Of a stretch of DNA of 64,000 bases, positions 40,171 through 51,499 are shown piece by piece. Position numbers and translations under genes: made by a program. Within the stretch, counting starts at the first letter, position 1. Each line of letters starts with the position of its first letter. Source of the stretch: Massalongia carnosa (Eukaryota); contig OZ287073.1 in NCBI GenBank assembly GCA_965645245.1, positions 124,001 to 188,000 on the forward strand, in the 5' to 3' direction. The notes below the pieces were generated by a model. It was not told the origin of the DNA, did not search any database, and worked only from the letters and a program-made list of their open reading frames with translations.

Positions 40171-42029
40171 ACCAAGCCTTTTTAGCATCAATGCTAGCTG
40201 CGTTCGCTACGTTTAATTAATCTCTATTCTCACGTTCTTCCATGACTTGAGCTAGGTGGCGAAAAGCACTTCAGATATCTGAATGGCTTAAAAATAGTGT
40301 CAGCTGTGCCTCGAGAACCTTCAAGCATGCAAGACACAAAAAATTATTCATGATCATTGGCGCCCTTGATGGCGATCCACGCAGCTTTCTGCATGACCTA
40401 GAGTCCTCCTGGAGCCTGTTCTGGATCTGCATGCATGCATTATACAGACCTCGTCAAGAAAGACGAGCCTAAGTCCAAGTTCGAACAATAGAACCTTTGG
40501 ATTGACAATAGCGACGGTCCACCTAGCCTTATCGGAGGCCGGCCTTACAATAGGCCGGCCCCCTGAATCCTCATGCGGTAAGGTGGTTAAGGAGGTGTTT
40601 GCTGTAGCAAACAATCTGGTCAATAAGGTCCCGGAGGACCCCCCTCGAACTTCCTTCTTTCTAGATAGCATTAATATAATTACCTTTTAAAGCCTTCAGT
40701 CTGCTACTAAACCTCCTGTAGTCAAAGAGAACTACGACTCTTGTGAGCAGGTTTGCAATATTTAATGATAGATTTTTGAAAGCTCGGAGCGAGTGACGTG
40801 GTCGAAGAGAAAATCACTGTTCCCGCACAAAATCCATTCTCAGAAGCTCTAGGGTTGAGCTTTTCCAAGAAATCCGAAAAAAATCGAAATATTCCTGCAA
40901 CACGGGCGGTCTTACAAGAGAATTGATTCTGTTAACAAGTCATTCTGACCGAGAATCTTGGTTTTTTTTTCGGTAAATCGGCGTTCTTGAATGCCCTTGA
41001 TTAAGGAAAGTTAACGAGGTGCTCAAGATATATTCGGGTTTTCTGTGACGTACGAATTTTACATCAACATTCGGGTTTATCAAAATCGACTTTTTTAGAC
41101 CTTTACTCAACTGAAGCTGTCTCTGTACATCAAGTGCTTTCAAGTCTTTATACATTGTATTAATGTTATGACTCGAATCATGTTTTTCTGTTAACTCAAA
41201 CGCTTTTGTTAACGAGTGATACGAGTTACATACTTATAACGAGAATGTTATACTTGACAGGAGAAGTAGGTGTTTGATCAACTGTCTTCTCGATCGCTGA
41301 AAATTCCCGCGCTGAAAAAAACCCTCCTGATAGATTTAAAAGTTATTCAAGATTACGCAGCGTGTCAGGGTCCTAGCCTGACATAGGGCTTAGGAAGTTC
41401 AATGATCATACTTAGTGCCAGGTATGAGGAAAAGGGGGATCACGGGAGCACGTGCACTAGCGCGACCCACGGTGATAATATCTTCGTCAAGGGCGAATAG
41501 TAATTTCTCTTTTCCTCTTTGTAGATAAATTTTAGTTTGATAGCGGTTGATTAGAATTGACGACAGCTTCCTTACACAATTTATGTACCATCTTATCAGA
41601 ACTCTCATGGGGTAGAAACCCGTCTCAGACAATTTCCAGATAGGGTGAAAGCCTGTTTCAGCATCTTCCATATCAATTAATCGTGCGGATCTGATTGATA
41701 ATTTCCAGAAAATTTCAAGTTAGGTAAAGACCCGTTCTAGTTGATTCAAGACTGATCGCTCGTGTATATCCGAGCCGATCTCCATTCCAGAACGCCGCCA
41801 TGAGTTCGAAAACCACCATGATGGCCAGAAAAGCCGGAGCCCCTCGAGGGGACAACAATACTGGCCCAGCTTTTAACACCCGCGCATGTTAGCAACAGCA
41901 TGCCAGGAGCGTTCGAGGACCCCGAACTCTCTTCAGACGTACGAATAATGCCGACGATTAAAAGGGCACCGAATGATAACCCTAGGACGGGATTGGGCAA
42001 GGATAGGGAGTTATCTCGCGAGATTAATA

Positions 42030-42310
42030 TCTTGAATTGATAGTTATCATCGATGAAATAAAGATAAACTCGGAGAAAATCGTGGCGATTCTAAAATGAG
42101 AAACCCCAGGCTCCATTAAGGATGTGCCAGCATTCTTAGGCTTTGCAAATTTCAATCGACGATTTATATTAAGATTCTCGGAACGAACGAGATCGTTAAC
42201 AGAGTTAACAATGGGCGAGCAAATAACGACGAAGTCAGGAAAGCAATAAACGAGATATAATTTATTCGTTTGGTCTGAAGACTGTAAAAAAGCCTTCGAA
42301 GATTTAAAGA
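42030..42310 (+). pseudogene. RIP-decayed Gypsy RT/RNase H fragment
   Basis: EKIVAILK*ETPGSIKDV.AFLGFANF.RRFI with many apparent G>A changes. Confidence 0.75.
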
Positions 42311-42675
42311 ACCGCAAATTACTGAGATGACCCCCAAATAACCCCCCATCTTGCCTGGGGGTTATTTGGGGGTCAATTACCGTAATATACACGTAGTTTT
42401 CTTCTGGCGCTGTCACGATGACCCCCAAGAACTGTAATTAATTGAAGGGGGTTATTTGGAGGTCATTTGGAATAGTGCGACCGCACAGTTAAATGGCACG
42501 CACGAGGAAAAGTCCATTGAGCATCTGCTACCCGATTAAAGCCTTGCTACTCCAAGAAAGAAGACATTACGACGATAAAAACGAGCGACTAGATATCTGT
42601 AGCCCGATGATAGTGCGATATTGGAGGATCAATCATAGATGAACTGACTGAATCTATCAATTACAATTTTATAAC

Positions 42676-43218
42676 CTAGTTCGGCTATGCTGAGAGCTAG
42701 TGCGTCGTTAATCGAGACAGCTCCCGCTTTGATTTCGGCACCGCATGGATCTCTCGGACGGCATAGATGTCTCAGCACCATAAGGATGTCTCAGCACGGC
42801 ATAGAGATCTTAGCACCGCATCGATCCTTCGGACGACAGTTAGGTTTCGGATTTGTGTATGCCTTGCTATGGGCCGCGTTGATGGGGCATACTGGGATGG
42901 TAGAGTAGGACAAGGAGAATAGGAAGAAGATATATAAAGAGGAGGTCCCAGACGGTATCCCTCATCATCTCACATCTCAAGACAATCAAAAAGCATAGCA
43001 TTTTGATAGCACTGTTTGCAACGTTTTCTTTCCCACCCACCCACTCCAGTTCTTCTGTCGCTTAGATAGAGGGAGTCTGTTCACAGCCCAAGGCCTGCGA
43101 GAGGGTCTTACATTAGTAGACAGCAAGGCCCTTATCGAGTCCCCCTCTCGAGGCCGGGGGCTGTGAGCAATAGCCCAAACATACTTAGTAGCAATATAAC
43201 GAGATTGACACGAACTAG
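42676..43218. mobile_element. 543-bp insertion with 8-bp inverted ends and no TSD
   Basis: ctagttcg...cgaactag; flanks ataac|tttctgc are contiguous in MULE copy 1. Confidence 0.7.
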
Positions 43219-43341
43219 TTTCTGCTTTAAGTGCTATATCAATAAAACTTTATCAAATGCTTAAACAAGGTATTTGAACTACGTAATATTCGGTTATTTA
43301 GCATTAACTCGAGATTTATTTGTGCATATCTTTGCTAATCA

Positions 43342-44371
43342 TGTAATGGGCTACGAGACCAGTAAGCTTATCACGAGCGACACTGATCTCGAAAGGGGAA
43401 ATGCTCAGCGTGAGAGGAGGAAGATAGCTACTACGTGCTAGTCTCCGAGAGTATATGTGATCCAAAGAACTAATGGATGTGGAAGTGCTTGGACCAAGAG
43501 ATCTCGTCCGAGACCCAAACGTAGGTTGTTCATAGAATAAAGACTAATTGCTAACGAATACTACAAAATTCGTTCTGATATTTATCCTACTCACCCCAAG
43601 CCTATAGCCTTGGGAGCCTTGGAACCTTAGGAGCCTTGCAAGCCTTGGGAGTCTTGCGAGCATTACAGCCTTGCAATCCACATCCGACTTTATCGCATTA
43701 CATCCAACCATCCCTCAGGATCCATCCACGAACTCGGCGTTCGCTGGATCATCTAGTCAGCCTCGAGCAGCCTTCTAGATCTTCCCTTGCAAGGTAGAAC
43801 AATTCTACCCCCGGCTAGATCCCTCACTACATGCCTCAGGCTATGTAGCTTCATTTCGCCGTCACCACTACCTAGTGATGGAAGGTTACCTCCGACTGAA
43901 TACCTCGCTACACTGCGGACCTGCCTCTAGACACAAGGTCTAGACAATGAGGTCATGTAGGTTCATTCAGCCGACATCACTACCAACGTAGTAATAAAGG
44001 TTGAAGCTGAAGTTTACACCGGGGAGCCTAGCTCAAGCTGCGTCCAGCGAGCCGTGCCTCCTGCTACCTCTCTTGAACCTTCAAGAGATCCAGTAGCTCC
44101 GAGTAGGCCAGTAGATCCCATATAGAGTTCCTTGGCGTCTCCACAGGAGTCCGCCTTACACTCCATGGCAATCTACCACCACGGCCTCGACAGGTGTTTG
44201 ATCTGTAAGTAGTCAAGAACGTGATAACAATAACTCCGAAGTTTCGGGGTAAGATGGCAGTGTGTCAGCCTCGACGGCTTATGCGACTTCGTACTACGGC
44301 ATGGTCCACGCTAGTTAATCCCGCAACCGCCATAGGCGATCACGTATCCCTCTAGCGCCATCCGTATTACA
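43342..44371. mobile_element. Long solo LTR or LTR derivative
   Basis: TGTAAT...ATTACA, TSD AATCA; internal agccttg(g/c) ~9-mer array 43606-43675. Confidence 0.85.
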
Positions 44372-45060
44372 AATCATTTCTGCATACTTATGTCTAATTC
44401 AATCCCATTATGATCGAATCAGTAACAATGTCGCTTTATGTCGATCAAGAGTGAGACGATAAATATAAGACAAGACAGGCGATCATTAAATGACTTGCAA
44501 GCAAGGACAAATCATGACGTGTTGAAAAGATCGAAAAGAATAATATTTAATTAAGTGCGATTATTGTGACTTTCGAATCAAAGTAAGCTTATTCAACAAA
44601 ATTGAGAAATATAATACTTAAATATACGCCGCGCAACGGGTTGGATTAAACCTGTCCGGTTACTCGACCCGTTGAGTTTAGGTCGGGTTTGGGTTTTTTA
44701 TGAGGGTTTCCGGGTTAAACCGTTTAACCCGGTCAGTTTTTTTTGCAAATTAAATATGAAAATTCGATCGAAATATGACTTTTAAAATGAAAAAATTTTT
44801 CCTTACTAATTATTATTTCTATGACCCTTATCGGTGCCATTACCTTCGCTTGCGCTGGGGGGGGCTTTTAATTGGATGAATTGATTTGAATGCTTGAATT
44901 CGATTGAGCATGGGAACGACACAGGTCAGCCCGGGCAGGCCTAGGCACGTGACTCGGGGTCGTTGCTGAGGTGAGAACCTCATCTTCTAGGCCCGAGGCG
45001 TCTGCTGACGCTCAACGATCCGATAGATGATGCCCGACGGCAGTGCCCGACGGCGATGAT

Positions 45061-46224
45061 CTAGATGGAGGTGCCCGGCGGCGCTCCGGATCGATGCCCT
45101 GGTTGACCTGTACGCCCAATGGAATGCCCAATTGAGTAGGGGTAGGAGTTTGTAGGATTCGTCTCGGCGACGACAGCACGTGGGACTGCCAGAGGGATGC
45201 CTTTTTGAAAACTGAGGTTCAAATTGAATAGTGAGGCCTGGGACGTCTGAAAGTATAGCTGAAACGCGTTTGATGACCATCTTCCGAGTCTCTGAATACT
45301 CTCATCCAGCATCCCGTGGTCGGCGGCGTGTTGTGCTGCTCCTTTTCTGAAGCTGTGTCCCGAGTATGCCGAGTCGTTGATGCCGGCGGCTATCAGTCTC
45401 TTTTTCAGGGATGCTATGACGGAGGCTCTGGTGAATGCGGTGCCGAGACGAAAAAGCGGGGATGTAGATGGCTGAGGATCATTTCTGAAAAGACGCCGTA
45501 GTGCTGTCACGGGGCAAGTGCTCTCATTGGTCGCTGCCAGGACTATCTGAACTCCTGAGTGATTTGTGTCTGTTTTGCTTCTTTTGAGACGTAATGTCGC
45601 GTATTGATCGTTCTCGGCGAATGAGATGTCACCTCGTGTAGGTTTCAATCTCTGAAAAGATGTCTTCTTACGATCGGCGACAGTGTAGGTGATTTCCCCG
45701 AGTCTGAGGAACCCTGCCCATGCAACTTTGAATGTCGCGTCGATGTTGAGGTCTTCGGCCGAATGAGCGGGAATACTGGTGATTTTTGTCAGTAATTCTT
45801 TTGAAATGGGTAGGCGTCTTCTTTTTGTCTGAGAAAAGATCCTTTTTCCCCCTTTCAGCATCAATTGAAGTCTCGGCCCCTCGAATGGGGTGAGGCCGTA
45901 TCCTCGGTCTACATGGTATGATCTGAGGCCGGCGAGGTAGCTCGCTGCCGTCTCTGGTTTTATCTTTCCCTGCTTGGGTGTGCCGCCCCCGTATAGTCGA
46001 CCGGCTAGCCATTCCTCGAGGGACTCGGTTGTTGCAGGCCACGACGTGCGTCCCGTCGTCGCGCAGAATGCCTCGTATGAGTCGATCGCCGTCCCGTACC
46101 CTTTTCTCGTGTCCGCCGAGTTTCCGTGCCAGACGAGGCGTTTTACCAGGGCTGACCCTGGTGTGGAGGATAGGTAGGTGGAGGGAGGTTCATCGAATTG
46201 TATGGGTTCTGCCAATGAGGGCAA
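45061..46224 (-). CDS. Tyrosine recombinase
   Basis: GFLRLGE (R), LKRSKTD (K), CPV, SGHSFRKGAA (HxxR), GRW, QLY catalytic Tyr. Confidence 0.95.
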   Translation of the reverse strand: MPSLAEPIQFDEPPSTYLSSTPGSALVKRLVWHGNSADTRKGYGTAIDSYEAFCATTGRTSWPATTESLEEWLAGRLYGGGTPKQGKIKPETAASYLAGLRSYHVDRGYGLTPFEGPRLQLMLKGGKRIFSQTKRRRLPISKELLTKITSIPAHSAEDLNIDATFKVAWAGFLRLGEITYTVADRKKTSFQRLKPTRGDISFAENDQYATLRLKRSKTDTNHSGVQIVLAATNESTCPVTALRRLFRNDPQPSTSPLFRLGTAFTRASVIASLKKRLIAAGINDSAYSGHSFRKGAAQHAADHGMLDESIQRLGRWSSNAFQLYFQTSQASLFNLNLSFQKGIPLAVPRAVVAETNPTNSYPYSIGHSIGRTGQPGHRSGAPPGTSI

Positions 46225-47845
46225 AAGTTAGCCAATCTTTCATCATCAAAACGTGACAGGGCATCTGCTAGTCCATTGGAAGTGCCACTGATCCATTGAC
46301 AACGTAGTACGATGTCCCACTTTGCAGCTATGGACAGTATTTCTCGTAGAGGCGCGTTGGCCGGTCCCTTGAGGGTTAGATTCGTGAATCCTGTGTATGC
46401 TGTGTTGCTGTCGGTAAAGACAAGGATCTGTCGATGTCGCCATGTCGGCGCCCATTTCTGAAGGATTAGAACGATAGCCTCGACTTCTCGGACGTTTATG
46501 CTCGGTGATTCTTCCTGATTGAGGACTAGGACTCGGGCCCTACATGCGTTTTTTTGATTCACGAGCTCGTTGTCTTGTTGAAAATAGCCTCCGAGACCCG
46601 TGAGGCATGCATCGTATGCACCTTGATCGTGTCTCGTGTTGACGTCTCGAAGAAGACAATACCGTTGAAGTCCACTAAAAGTTTGTTCCACCAGATGAGA
46701 TCCTGTCTGACCCATGTGGGAATTCTTCTTTTGACCCGACGATGACTGCCCGAGGGAAATGAGGCTATAAAATTCCAGAATAATCGTAAGAAGACTCGGC
46801 CCAATTTGACTGCCTGTGCGCAGAAGCTTAGGAAGCCCGCTATTGACTGCATTTCGCCGAGGCTGATTGTCGTCTCGTTTAGTGTCTTTGTAGTGATGAT
46901 TCTCGCTTTTTCCAGCTTGTCCGCTGGCAGACGAATAAGACTGTTGATGGTGTCGACCTCGAGTCCGAAGACTGTCGCTGTCGTTCCCTCGGCGTCTTTT
47001 GAGTCGTTTCTCGGGATGCCGAGAATGTCGGTGAGAATGTTGTAGGCTTTTGTTTCTTGGTGCAATCGTTCTGACGATGTCTCGGATGGGAAAATTGCAA
47101 CGAAGTCGTCTAGATAGTGATGTAATCTCCATTGTAGAAAGGATTCCAGAATCCAATGAAAGCCTTCCGCAAAAAGATTGAAGATGAACGGGGCCGTCGA
47201 CAGTCCGAACGAAAGGCATGTCTCGGTGTAGAATTCGTCATTCCATCCGAAACCCAGATGCCATTGATGATGAGGTGCGACGGGAACGTTTCGAAAGGCG
47301 TCTTTGACGTCTCTTTTCACTATGACAGCACCTTTGCCCTCTGACAGAATCAATTGAATAATGTCGTCGAGTCTGGCGTATTGTAATTTGGATGCCTCTT
47401 CTGGAATGTTGTCGTTGACTGATGTTTGATTGGGATGAGACAGATGATGAATGCGTCGCCATCCTCCGTCATGTTTCGGGACCAAGCCGAGGGGGGAGGC
47501 CACAAATGGCTGACTCGGGGCTGCTATTCGTCTGACTCGGCCCTTCCTGAGGTCCTCTTGAAGCTTATTCTCGATCGTTTCCGGGTCCTCATTCGCTGAT
47601 GTCAGATTTTTTTCGATCCGAAGGATGTCTGTGGGGCCTTCGTATCCGATTTGTACTCCGAAACGAAGGATCATGGGCAGATGGACTCGGAGGGGGCCCG
47701 GATACTCTTGAAGTAGGGTTGCCCATGCGGACGGTACGAGGGGAGATGGGCAGTCTTTCAAACGCTGACGAGATGCGTCTACGAGTTGAAACGAAGGGAT
47801 TGTATTTGGTCTGATTGGTGCAGGTAAGCAGGGATGGGACGTCAT
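46143..47845 (-). CDS. RT-RNase H (one frameshift near 46615)
   Basis: SPLGLVPK, WRRIHHLS, KRDVKDAFR, LSFGLSTAP, YLDD; RH DAC, INVRE, TDS, NGLADALSR in the next frame. Confidence 0.92.
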
Positions 47846-47890
47846 GAATTCAGCTATTGAAGCTATTCTACTGCCTCCTGCACCAACCCC

Positions 47891-48904
47891 CTATTTCTTC
47901 GTTGGGCATGTCTTCTGGCCATGCCCAGCCGCGCCGCACGATTTGCATTTGTGCTGTCGGTAGCACGACGGCCAGGTGCAGGTGCCGCTGTTGTACTTGT
48001 CGCAGATTTCCCCCGCTGCCTTCTCGGCCCTCTCGGCCGTGTCTCCTCTCGGGGTCGGTCGTCGGGACGGCGGGGATCGTGAGCGGCGACGGCGTAGGAC
48101 TGTGAGGGGGGTGCAGAATCGAGCTTGGAATTCGTCGGGCATTTTCCATTGGGATGCGTCGGATGGCTGAGACGCGATGATGTGGGTGTGGGTTTCGATG
48201 GCGAGGGGGAGGACTGCTTCCTGCCACTCGTACACCTTGGCCAGCGTGAGGATTTTTCCGTGGAATGCCGACATGGTGGCGTGAAGCTGTTGACTCGATT
48301 TCCCGAAAAGACTGACCATGATCGAGGTGTAGTTGATGAAGCTCTCGGTCCAGACGTCATGAACTGTCTTTCCGAAATCTTTGTAGGTCCCGGATGCCTT
48401 TCTCAACCTCAAGGCGCCGTCTTCGATGCCGATGCGGTCTTGATCCTTGTATGACTCGTATTGCATGCCGTGCATGTGTCGGAGGCGGGAGAGGTTGATG
48501 GCTTTGAATTTATTTGAAAAGATCTTGATGATCTCGTCCTGTGGTAGGCCCGCGAAACGGGGTGCTATGCTTCTTACTTCGAGAGGGATCTCACCTAGGT
48601 CCTCGTCGTCATCGCCGACGACACGACTCGGCTTGCCAGCAGGAATGACGGCCGCTATTCGGGCGTCAGATTCTCGGCGCATGCAGTCGATTTCTAGCTG
48701 CATTTTTTCCACCTCCTTCTCGGCGACCAATGCCTTGGACTCGGCAATTCTAGCCTCAGCCTCGGCCGCCTTCGCTTCCGCCTCGGCTTTCTTCTTTTGT
48801 AGGGCGAAGATTTGATTGGATTGGGCCTGCGTCAATCCGACAATCTCCTGGGGGTCGGGGACTATGTCGTCCATCAAGGTGCTTTGGGAACGGGTATTCG
48901 TCAT
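47891..48904 (-). CDS. Gag-like ORF1 with coiled coil and CCCH/CCHC finger
   Basis: AEAEAKAAEAEA coil; CDKYNSGTCTWPSCYRQHKCKSCGAAGHGQKTC. Confidence 0.85.
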   Translation of the reverse strand: MTNTRSQSTLMDDIVPDPQEIVGLTQAQSNQIFALQKKKAEAEAKAAEAEARIAESKALVAEKEVEKMQLEIDCMRRESDARIAAVIPAGKPSRVVGDDDEDLGEIPLEVRSIAPRFAGLPQDEIIKIFSNKFKAINLSRLRHMHGMQYESYKDQDRIGIEDGALRLRKASGTYKDFGKTVHDVWTESFINYTSIMVSLFGKSSQQLHATMSAFHGKILTLAKVYEWQEAVLPLAIETHTHIIASQPSDASQWKMPDEFQARFCTPLTVLRRRRSRSPPSRRPTPRGDTAERAEKAAGEICDKYNSGTCTWPSCYRQHKCKSCGAAGHGQKTCPTKK

Positions 48905-49404
48905 TGGGAGGTAGGGGCACCGAGACAACGTGAGGTCGACGACGAGTCAGTGAGATTGGAAAAGCAGCAAGTACTGACAGCGAGGTAGGGGCACCGAGAC
49001 AACGTGGGGTCGACGACGAGTCAGTGAGATGGATGAGGCCGAGTGAGAAGAAGTGAATGAGGAAAGAATTTTCAGAGGGTGATTCTTAATTTACTTTGAC
49101 TCAGGGGCCTCACGTGACATAGAACCATCTCATCTTGATGACTAATTTTCAGAAATTTTAGAGTTTTCAAATGGGTTTAAAACGTCTAAAAAACAAGTTT
49201 AAAATTGACATAAAAAATCCACCGGGTCGAACGAGTCAAACGGGTTAACCCGGGAACAGTTCCCCAACCCGGTAGCGGATCGGGTTCGACTAGTCATAAC
49301 CCGAGCCAACCCGAACCGTTGTGCGGCGTACTTAAATATTTAAGAGTTAAAACAAAGAAATACTGAAATTAGATCAGGAATACTCATTAGAATTATTCCC
49401 TATA

Positions 49405-49650
49405 TACGCCGCGCAACGGGTTGGGTTTTCGCCACAAAATTGGTTTTTTGCCACTGGGTTTTCTTTCAAAACTCAACCCGGACAACCAAAATCATAGGGT
49501 TCGGCACAAACGGGTTAGGTTTTCGCCAGAAAATTGCTTTTTTGCCACTGGGTTTTTCTTTCAAAACTCAACCCGGACAACCAAAATCATAAGGTTCGCC
49601 AGAAACGGTTCGGGTTTTCAGTAGAGAAACCCGACCCGTTGCGCGGCATA
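49405..49650. mobile_element. hAT MITE B
   Basis: Same TIR family; imperfect TSD tccctata/tcctcata; internal ~95-bp tandem duplication. Confidence 0.85.
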
Positions 49651-50853
49651 TCCTCATATCTACGCCGCGGAATGGGTTGGGTTGGGTTGGGTTCGGGTTG
49701 GGTTTTCATTGGGTTACCCAAATCACATGCTTTAGTAATGGTAATCAATAACCTTGACTTATCAACGTGGCGATCGGCGTTAGTATCTTATGTATTCTCA
49801 ACTATACCGTCTACTTACCACCAGGCATACTCTTCCTGGTGGTTGGTTTTCTTATCGCACCAGTTCTGGCACCTGGTCCGGGTATTCTGTCGAGTGTTCG
49901 GTTTGGAATTCGCGCAGGTTTACGCGAACGCTTGAGTGGAGTCTTCGGTGCCATATCTAAAAGCAAACAGGCAAGCAGGCAAGCAGACAGGTTATCAGTG
50001 GTCGCGCGTGGCAACTAGGTTGGGTTGGGTATGGTTAGGTTTAGTATGACTAGGTTGGGTTGGCTAGTTTAGGTGGAATATGTATGCATGCGTTGGATTT
50101 GACTGAGTGTTTAGAACGTAAACGTAGTTATTAATGCTTTATCGCAGCATAATATAGTCAATGAAGTTACATTCCTACAGCTACATTCCTACTGCTACAT
50201 CCTATATATACAATCCTCGTCATTCGCAACAATGAGCAGCTCGCAGATGATGGATTCAGAGATACACGATCTTCAAGTTGTGGGCAAACCCACCAGATGC
50301 TACGCATATGTGACCGAGAAGAGCGAGGAGTTTATGGAATGGTGGCGAAGTACGAGATGGCATTTTGCTAATGAAGAGAAGAGTAGAAAGGCGATGAAGA
50401 AGATCGATTGGGGATCGACCAAAAGAAAGGCGGCGGAATGGAAAGAGTTTCAGGAAGGCGCCACTGTGGGCGATGGTAATCCCAAAATAATCTGCTCGCG
50501 ATGCTCCCTGGTCTTGACTCATCCCTCACTGGGCTCCGGAAATAACTGCATGACTAATCACTTAAATTCCGAGTCCTGTAAAAAGACGTCGACATTGAAA
50601 GGAATGAAGCAACTTTCCTTAAAGGTTGGATATCGTGCCGAAGTATGACTACCACAATGACTACCACATTACGTGCTTTGCTAATCAATATTAGATTGAA
50701 GCAAAAAGACAAGAGGCCTTAACTCTCAACGGGCGTAGACTAAAAAAGGATGATTTCACACCTCAATTGCTTCGTATGATTGTTGCTTTTGGGCTGCCGT
50801 TACGAAGTGTCGCCAATGTCGAATTGCAAAGAGCGTTCAACTGTCTGCTCGAT

Positions 50854-51301
50854 TGTCAAGGACTGGGCAGGGGATTGAACTAATGTTCCTAGGAATTGGA
50901 TTGGGTGATCAAGATGTCTTTATTAATAAGGCTATAGCTAGGTGATGGATTGCTATACAAGACGTCGGACAAGGAGTCAACAATCTAATTAACTTGTCCT
51001 TCCTTTTATATTTGTCTCGAACCCCTTTGCATGAAGATTCGATCAGTGTTCATCTCCCCCTATTAGGAGACGTACGGCACGAAGGTTTGACGAGGTGTTT
51101 GACGATAAAAGGTGGAGATGAGGTTCTCCTGTCGTTGGTACGCTTTGATGGTGATGGTACAGCTTTGACCTGAAGCCGTTGAGAGGGGTCTAAACTCGAT
51201 TTAGTTAATGAGATTCTGACTAAGCTGAATAGAGGAACGGGAGCTTAGTCAGATTCATCTGCGGGATTGATTCTGGATCGGGTTGGTTCGATTTCATGAC
51301 A
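50854..51301. mobile_element. Solo LTR (448 bp)
   Basis: TGTCA...TGACA, TSD TCGAT; related to 56880-57756. Confidence 0.9.
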
Positions 51302-51312
51302 TCGATAATGTA

Positions 51313-51499
51313 TGTTGAAGTGAATTGTTGATCACTATAGTGCATGAACGAATATTTAGAAGGAATAGTTTTGATTAATTCTATCGTGGGTGCTTTTGAG
51401 CACCCACATCGGCTAAACTACCCTAGGCCCATTCCGGCCAAGCAGTCACCAACTGCCTGACACTTGTCCGTTAGGCTAATGTTTAGCGTAACATCAACA
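51313..51499 (-). mobile_element. Solo LTR of the Copia at 21697
   Basis: Near-identical 187-bp LTR, TSD ATGTA. Confidence 0.95.

Larger units (their letters stand above)
44826..49137 (-). mobile_element. Tyrosine-recombinase retrotransposon (Ngaro/DIRS-like)
   Basis: gag, RT/RH, YR in order, no DDE integrase or protease, no LTRs; bounded by ATGAC at 44821 and 49138 where composition switches to AT-rich hAT DNA. Confidence 0.9.
44625..49330. mobile_element. Non-autonomous hAT element A containing the YR retrotransposon
   Basis: TIRs tacgccgcgcaacgg / ccgttgtgcggcgta; 8-bp TSD CTTAAATA. Confidence 0.93.

Noticed and set aside
42733..42835. CRISPR-like repeat array
   Set aside because: Degenerate tandem units without unique spacers; eukaryotic context; no cas genes.
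45061..46224. Starship captain or Crypton
   Set aside because: Short intronless phage-integrase-type YR overlapping RT/RH; part of a retroelement.
49672..49720. Telomeric repeats
   Set aside because: GGGTT units are hAT subterminal motifs, not TTAGGG arrays.
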